Part shown: positions 58,812-64,000 of the stretch, piece after piece | Position numbering within the stretch: the first letter of the stretch is position 1 | How the letters are laid out: each line of letters opens with the position of its first letter | Assembly (NCBI GenBank): GCA_963718665.1 | Contig: OY970359.1 | Location: forward strand, 192,001-256,000 | Reading direction: 5' to 3' | From: an uncultured Phycisphaerales bacterium | GTDB taxonomy: Bacteria > Planctomycetota > Phycisphaerae > Sedimentisphaerales > Anaerobacaceae | DNA length: 64,000 nucleotides | Made by a program: the position numbers and the translations under genes | Notes under the pieces: model-generated | Told to the model about the DNA's origin: nothing | What the model saw: the letters and a program-made list of their open reading frames with translations, nothing else | The model's database searches: none

Positions 58812-60416
58812 CTAATCGGATACGTATTCGAACCAGTCGAAATCGGCGGGGGTTGTGGATTTTTGTCCGTTGCCGGTAGCATACATACCAAAATACACGC
58901 CGGTGAAGCACATTCCATCTTCAAAACCAATCGCCTCAACGGACAAATCCTTCGTCAGGGCCGTACCTAATACCTGCATGGCACAATTGGATGACCTGCA
59001 GAAAAATTCGTAAGTCAACGGCGTCGCCTTGACCGACAACACAACAGGCCCTGCCCCGATATCAAAATATTCAACGGGCTCTATAATTTTGCCTTTGAGA
59101 ACTTTCCTGAATAAAACCTGTCGTTTGCCATTTTTAAACGTAACGCCGATTTCATAATGATGTTTGTCATTGCCGCGAATGACAAGGCCGGCTTCCTCAT
59201 TTTCGCTATTGGGGTCAAATTCAAGCAGGGTCGAAGCGACGCAGTTGAAATCGGTCTGGCGACGGCCAACAAAGGCGGGCGAATCCTTGTCGCTCATAGT
59301 TACCGCCGAGCCGTGAAGACGCAGAAAGCCAGGACGTTCCGTGAGAGACCAGTCGCCATCATAAGGATTCCTGAGAAAATTCCACTGCAACGCGAGAGAA
59401 GATTTATCGAAATCGTCCCTTGCAGAGGGCTGTTCCCAGATATGCTGCGGCAGGCGAGGAGCGGGCATAGTCAGCTCTATTGTGCCGCTTCCATTAACCA
59501 CCGGCCAGCCATTGCTGTCGAAGGCAACCGGCGCCAAGAAGGTTTCACGGCCTATGTGGTGAAAGCGACCGCCCTGCGGCCGGGTTCCAAGACAAACCAG
59601 CCACCAGCCATCAGGCGTATCTACTAAATCGGCGTGACCAACGACCTGGATTGGATGGTTTGGAATGTTGCGATGCGTTAGAATGGGGTTGTTCGGGTCA
59701 GATTCGAATGGTCCCCACGGCGTATCGCTGCGCGCGATTGTTACACTATGGTCATAGCTGGTTCCGCCCTCTGAAATCATAAGAAAATATTTGCCGTTGA
59801 TTTTATACAAATGCGGTCCTTCCGCCCAGATACCGCCTGTGCCGCCCCATATTTTTTTCAGGGGCCCTGCAAGTTTGCCTGTTTCGAGATTGAGCGTTCC
59901 CTGAGCAATATAGCCGTCGCCCTGACCTTCGTGGCGAGTGTAATAGACCTTTCCATCGTCATCGAAGAAAAGAGACGGGTCCATGCCGCTTTGGTCGAGC
60001 CAAATCGGCTCAGACCAGGGCCCCGCCGGATTTGCGGCAGTAACGTAAAAATTGCCCCCCCCGTCCACATTGGTTGTTACCATATAAAATTTACCCTTGT
60101 GATAGCGAAGCGTCGGCGCGTAGATTCCGCCTGATGCACGGACTTTGTCTAAGGGCAACTGGCTTTTGCGAGTCAGGCAATACCCGATTTGACGCCAGTG
60201 CACGAGGTCTTTACTGTGAAAAATCGGGACGCCCGGAAAGTACTCAAAGGAACTGTGCACAGTATAATAATCATCACCCACCCGGCAGATACTCGGGTCA
60301 GGATAAAAGCCGGATATAATGGGATTGCTAAAAGTTTTCGGTTGCTGTTGTGTGCAGCCGAAGACCAGAAATACAGACGAAACAAGCGGAATCCAATACT
60401 TCATACTTATAATCAT
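58812..60416 (-). CDS. GH43 beta-xylosidase/alpha-arabinofuranosidase
   Basis: NPIISGFYPDPSICR, YAPTLRY, DPSLF, EGPHLYK, GHADL, GRETFL; C-terminal beta-sandwich. Confidence 0.95.
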   Translation of the reverse strand: MIISMKYWIPLVSSVFLVFGCTQQQPKTFSNPIISGFYPDPSICRVGDDYYTVHSSFEYFPGVPIFHSKDLVHWRQIGYCLTRKSQLPLDKVRASGGIYAPTLRYHKGKFYMVTTNVDGGGNFYVTAANPAGPWSEPIWLDQSGMDPSLFFDDDGKVYYTRHEGQGDGYIAQGTLNLETGKLAGPLKKIWGGTGGIWAEGPHLYKINGKYFLMISEGGTSYDHSVTIARSDTPWGPFESDPNNPILTHRNIPNHPIQVVGHADLVDTPDGWWLVCLGTRPQGGRFHHIGRETFLAPVAFDSNGWPVVNGSGTIELTMPAPRLPQHIWEQPSARDDFDKSSLALQWNFLRNPYDGDWSLTERPGFLRLHGSAVTMSDKDSPAFVGRRQTDFNCVASTLLEFDPNSENEEAGLVIRGNDKHHYEIGVTFKNGKRQVLFRKVLKGKIIEPVEYFDIGAGPVVLSVKATPLTYEFFCRSSNCAMQVLGTALTKDLSVEAIGFEDGMCFTGVYFGMYATGNGQKSTTPADFDWFEYVSD

Positions 60417-61543
60417 TTCGTATTTGCGGCTTTAATCACGGCATCAAAGGCCGGCTTGGGCTTATAGTTACGGTCGAACAACAAAGGATAGTTTGTGCGT
60501 CCCTTTACGGGCCAGTTATTAAGCCAGCTTGTCTTGTCGGAAACGCCCCAGAATGTAACACGGGCGATTGCGTCTTTATGTTTGAGCAGAATCGCAAAAA
60601 ACTCCGCGTAACGGTCAGCGAGTTTTTTCTGAATATCATCGGGAAGGCCATTGGCGTAAGGATTAAGCTCTTTTTGCAGTTCTACCCTGACATTGATATC
60701 CGCCCCGCGATAGTTATTGGCGCTTGGCAGTATGTCGATATCCATTTCGGTAACCATAACCTTGACGCCGAGTGCAGCCATAGCATCGATAAACGCCTCA
60801 AGGTCTTCACGCGGCGGATAATCCATACCCCAGTGCCCCTGAATACCGACGCCGTCGATGTGGAGGCCTTTGGCCTTGAGGTCTTTCACCAAGCGAACGC
60901 AGGCATCACGTTTGGCCGGCTTATCGAGAGAAAACTCATTGTAATACAATTCGGCATTCGGGTCGGCCTCGTGAGCGTATTCAAATGCCTTTGCAATGAA
61001 GTCCTCGCCGACGGTTTCGAGCCACTTCGTTTTGCGAAGCTGACCTTCGTCGCTGAGCGCCTCGTTGACAACGTCCCAGCCGTTGACCCGGCCTTTATAG
61101 CGACCGACGATGGTAAAGATGTGGTCTTTCATACGGGCAAGCATCGCATCCCGGCCCAGCAGGTTGTTGGTATCATCCCTAAACGCCCAGGCGGGTATCT
61201 GGTTTTGCCAGACAAGGGTATGGCCCACGATGAACATCTTGTTTTTTTGGCCAAAGTCCACAAAACGGTCCGCCGCGGCAAAGTCATACCTGTTCGGCTC
61301 CGGATGAATCAACGCCCACTTCATAACGTTTTCAGGCGTAATGGTATTGCAGTGCTTTTCAACAATAGCGGCGGCCTGTGAATCCTTGCCTGAAACCACG
61401 TCATCGTTGACAGCGGCGCCTATTAAAAACGCTTTCGCGAACACGTCCTTGAGAGCCGGAACATCTGCATCAGCAAAACACCTGATAGTGCCTGTCAAAA
61501 CAATTATCAAACATACCACGCAGGTTGGTATCATCACTTTCAT
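60413..61543 (-). CDS. GH10 endo-1,4-beta-xylanase
   Basis: TPENVMKW, GHTLVW, WDVVNE, GIQGH, VTEMDI, TFWG. Confidence 0.96.
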   Translation of the reverse strand: MKVMIPTCVVCLIIVLTGTIRCFADADVPALKDVFAKAFLIGAAVNDDVVSGKDSQAAAIVEKHCNTITPENVMKWALIHPEPNRYDFAAADRFVDFGQKNKMFIVGHTLVWQNQIPAWAFRDDTNNLLGRDAMLARMKDHIFTIVGRYKGRVNGWDVVNEALSDEGQLRKTKWLETVGEDFIAKAFEYAHEADPNAELYYNEFSLDKPAKRDACVRLVKDLKAKGLHIDGVGIQGHWGMDYPPREDLEAFIDAMAALGVKVMVTEMDIDILPSANNYRGADINVRVELQKELNPYANGLPDDIQKKLADRYAEFFAILLKHKDAIARVTFWGVSDKTSWLNNWPVKGRTNYPLLFDRNYKPKPAFDAVIKAANTK

Positions 61544-61561
61544 AGCAAATTCCTTTCCTGT

Positions 61562-63076
61562 TTAAGCGTATTTGAACTGTTTGCGACGTTCCGCCAATTC
61601 GTCGGCCATCTGGATGGTCAGGCGTTTGTTGAGCTTGTAGATGATGAGCAGGACGGTGCAGACGGCAAAGAGCAGGCCAACCACGATTCCGCTGCAGACC
61701 CGGAAACCCTGCACCGCCTGGGGCGCGTCAGGCAACTTGGTATTGTAGTTGAAAAATCCGGCCATGAACCACAGGAACGAGGACGAGCCGAGCGCCAATC
61801 CGGATTTTAACGCAAAGCCGATGGTGGCGAAAACAATGCCGGTAAATCGGCGTCCGGTCTTCCACTCGGAGTAATCAGCCACGTCCGCGTAGATGGCCCA
61901 GATAAGCGGGATGGTTGGGGCATAGCAGATCGCGATCAGAATCGTCAATGCGACCATGCCGTTGACGTTGGTCGGGCCAAGCAAATAGAATGCGAAGGTG
62001 CTTAGGGCAGCCAACCCGAAACCGCCAGCAGCAACGGCCTTCTTGCCGAATTTCATGGAGAGGACCGGCGACAGTAGGAGGACGATGATGGTAACGCCTG
62101 TGCCAATCATGTTGATGATACTGTTGAAGACGTCGGCAACATTGGAATTTGCCAGGTTAGACCTGTCTCCATGCACAATATAACCAAGCCACTCGAGAAT
62201 GCCGGCGGGCCGGGGTGCCCCGGGTTCAATCACAGGCCCGGTGAGGCCCAACTTTTGCACCCAATCGTACATGGCCGCTTTGTCGACATAGTGATGATAG
62301 TAGTTGTAAAGCGCGCCTCCGCGGAATGTCAGGATGGCAAAATGGACCAGCGTCATGGCAAACATCACGACCCACGGACTGTTTTTGATCAGGCCGGTAA
62401 AATCCTGCATGAAATCTGATTTTTGCTGTGGCGGCGGTTGAATGCGTTCTTTGGTGCTGAAGAACGTAATCAGAAACAGCACGAGGCAGAGGGAGGCCCA
62501 GATGGTCATGATCACCCGCCAGCCGTATTGCAGATCATGGCCGACGGCGAATTTGGCGACCAGAGGCAGGGTAAGCCCGCCGACGATAAACTGGGCCGCG
62601 TTCACCGAAATGAACCGAAACGAATTGAGTTTGGCTCGCTCATTGACATCGCCAGTCATCACGCCGCCCAGCGCAGCATACGGCATGTTATTCATTGAGT
62701 AAATCGACATTAGCAGGATATTGGTGATGGCGGCGTACGCAATCATCGCGCCCATGCTCCAGCCCTTGGGTGTGGTGTAGGCGAGGACCATAACGACGCA
62801 CCAGGGCAGCGCCGTAAACAGGACCCAGGGACGAAACTTTCCCCATCGCGTCTTGGTGCGGTCGGCGAGCACTCCCACAATGGGATCAGCGACCGCATCC
62901 CACAACCGTGCCACAAGAAGAATAGTTGCCGCGGCACTGGCCGTGATTCCGAACACATCCGTGTAAAAATTCGTCTGGAAGAGAATCATCGTCATAAAGA
63001 CGAAGTTCGCGGCGGCGTCACCCAAACTGTATCCGGATTTTTCCAAAAACGAGAGCTTTTTCGATGCATCCTGCAT
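61562..63076 (-). CDS. Glycoside-pentoside-hexuronide (GPH):cation symporter, probable xyloside transporter
   Basis: GYSLGDAA, WDAVADPIVG, DRTKTRWGKFRPW, DVADYSEWKTGRR. Confidence 0.93.
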   Translation of the reverse strand: MQDASKKLSFLEKSGYSLGDAAANFVFMTMILFQTNFYTDVFGITASAAATILLVARLWDAVADPIVGVLADRTKTRWGKFRPWVLFTALPWCVVMVLAYTTPKGWSMGAMIAYAAITNILLMSIYSMNNMPYAALGGVMTGDVNERAKLNSFRFISVNAAQFIVGGLTLPLVAKFAVGHDLQYGWRVIMTIWASLCLVLFLITFFSTKERIQPPPQQKSDFMQDFTGLIKNSPWVVMFAMTLVHFAILTFRGGALYNYYHHYVDKAAMYDWVQKLGLTGPVIEPGAPRPAGILEWLGYIVHGDRSNLANSNVADVFNSIINMIGTGVTIIVLLLSPVLSMKFGKKAVAAGGFGLAALSTFAFYLLGPTNVNGMVALTILIAICYAPTIPLIWAIYADVADYSEWKTGRRFTGIVFATIGFALKSGLALGSSSFLWFMAGFFNYNTKLPDAPQAVQGFRVCSGIVVGLLFAVCTVLLIIYKLNKRLTIQMADELAERRKQFKYA

Positions 63077-63276
63077 TTGTGTCCCCTTAAATTTCGTCTT
63101 CGGGTTTACAAACCTAAACTAAACTAATATAAGAGGAGAATAGCAAAACGCCGCCGCTTTTCAACCATAATGTTAAATATTTTTATCATTATAACGCCTT
63201 TGCACATAAGGACATACGTCATTTAAGCCCACTTGGTTTTTTGCTGTCTTGGGTGGGTAAAACTTTGTCGGTAAGG

Positions 63277-63307
63277 TTAATCCCGCCGGTCAGATTTGGC
63301 GGGGTTT
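63277..63307. repeat. Family A-like hairpin
   Basis: TTAATCCCGCC...GGCGGGGTTT. Confidence 0.45.
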
Positions 63308-63554
63308 ACCCCGCCCTGTGATTCGCAATAACGCTGAAAAATTATCTCTACGGCACAACGGATAATACTTCTGTGATAACGCAAACGTCTGCCAGCAACG
63401 TTAAACAGAATGCTGTGAAACCGCAGGAAGAACTGCTTAAATTGCAGAAAACTGCACTATCCTGACTGCAAATGGAATAGACAAAATACTTACCAGAATT
63501 GAATTTGTTTTTTGGCCTCGGCGATTGCAACGGGTGGACCTTAACGGCCGTGTT

Positions 63555-64000
63555 TTACGGCGAACAATTAGCTGTATGGCCTGAGCAATAAAGACCCATA
63601 TCCGCAACCCACATCCCGGGGTTTTGGGGACGACCATCGTAATCCTTTGTGACGAAAATATCCTGTTTTTTCATATATGAGACGTGGCTGTCATAGAACG
63701 CGACATTGGCGCCTTCACTGTGGCGATAAATTGTAGGACCATAAATCACTGTACTACCTGCTGGATATACGGTACCAGCGTCGTGTCTATACGCTCCAAT
63801 AGTCGCCTGGTGGTAAACATCCCATGCTACTCTATAATCAGCGCCATCCCAGCCAACCCACCAGTCAATACCATCTACAAAGGCAAGTTTTTCAGAAGCC
63901 CTTTTTATCGACTGAGCCGTATTGCCTGCAGAAGGGAGAGTAGTCCAGTCTGCACTATCACACACTGTAATATTCCCATATTGTCTAACGAATTCCGCGC
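63555..64000 (-). CDS. 3' part of a prepilin-type (DUF1559-like) protein with H-X9-DG-type motif; start lies beyond the window
   Basis: YRHSEGANVAFYDSHV; reading frame open to the window edge. Confidence 0.75.
   Translation of the reverse strand, partial: AEFVRQYGNITVCDSADWTTLPSAGNTAQSIKRASEKLAFVDGIDWWVGWDGADYRVAWDVYHQATIGAYRHDAGTVYPAGSTVIYGPTIYRHSEGANVAFYDSHVSYMKKQDIFVTKDYDGRPQNPGMWVADMGLYCSGHTANCSP

Overview
A 64-kb bacterial chromosomal segment. The PEP-CTERM protein, the H-X9-DG pilin-like protein and the TWTTYGxWLxGD-type Y1 transposase suggest a Planctomycetota (Phycisphaerae-like) organism; this assignment is inference. Housekeeping genes are yggS, argS, rsfS, argJ, argC, rplM-rpsI, class II nrdJ with NrdR boxes, a short uvrC, ribD, ligA, gyrA, holA and tRNA-Asn. 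Also present: a type IV pilus pilB-pilC-pilA block preceded by a PP2C/STAS pair; a 12-kb signalling cluster (TonB receptor, YfiR, four histidine kinases, five single-domain response regulators and one remnant); a xylan-utilisation cluster; hicAB; and a solitary TIR-domain gene inside the arg genes. The most unusual signal is a system of small repeats. A REP-associated tyrosine transposase (RAYT-like) lies convergent with an HNH-AP2 endonuclease gene and is flanked by TTAG-tagged hairpins, including a 3x60-bp tandem array and a copy carrying nested insertions of other repeat families. Several other palindrome and heptamer families are spread across the window, and some are inserted in frame inside ArgS, NrdJ, an MFS transporter and UvrC. 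Three genes (pilC, an SGNH hydrolase, the TonB receptor) each carry one frameshift that could be an assembly error. All calls come from reading motifs by eye; no database searches were run.
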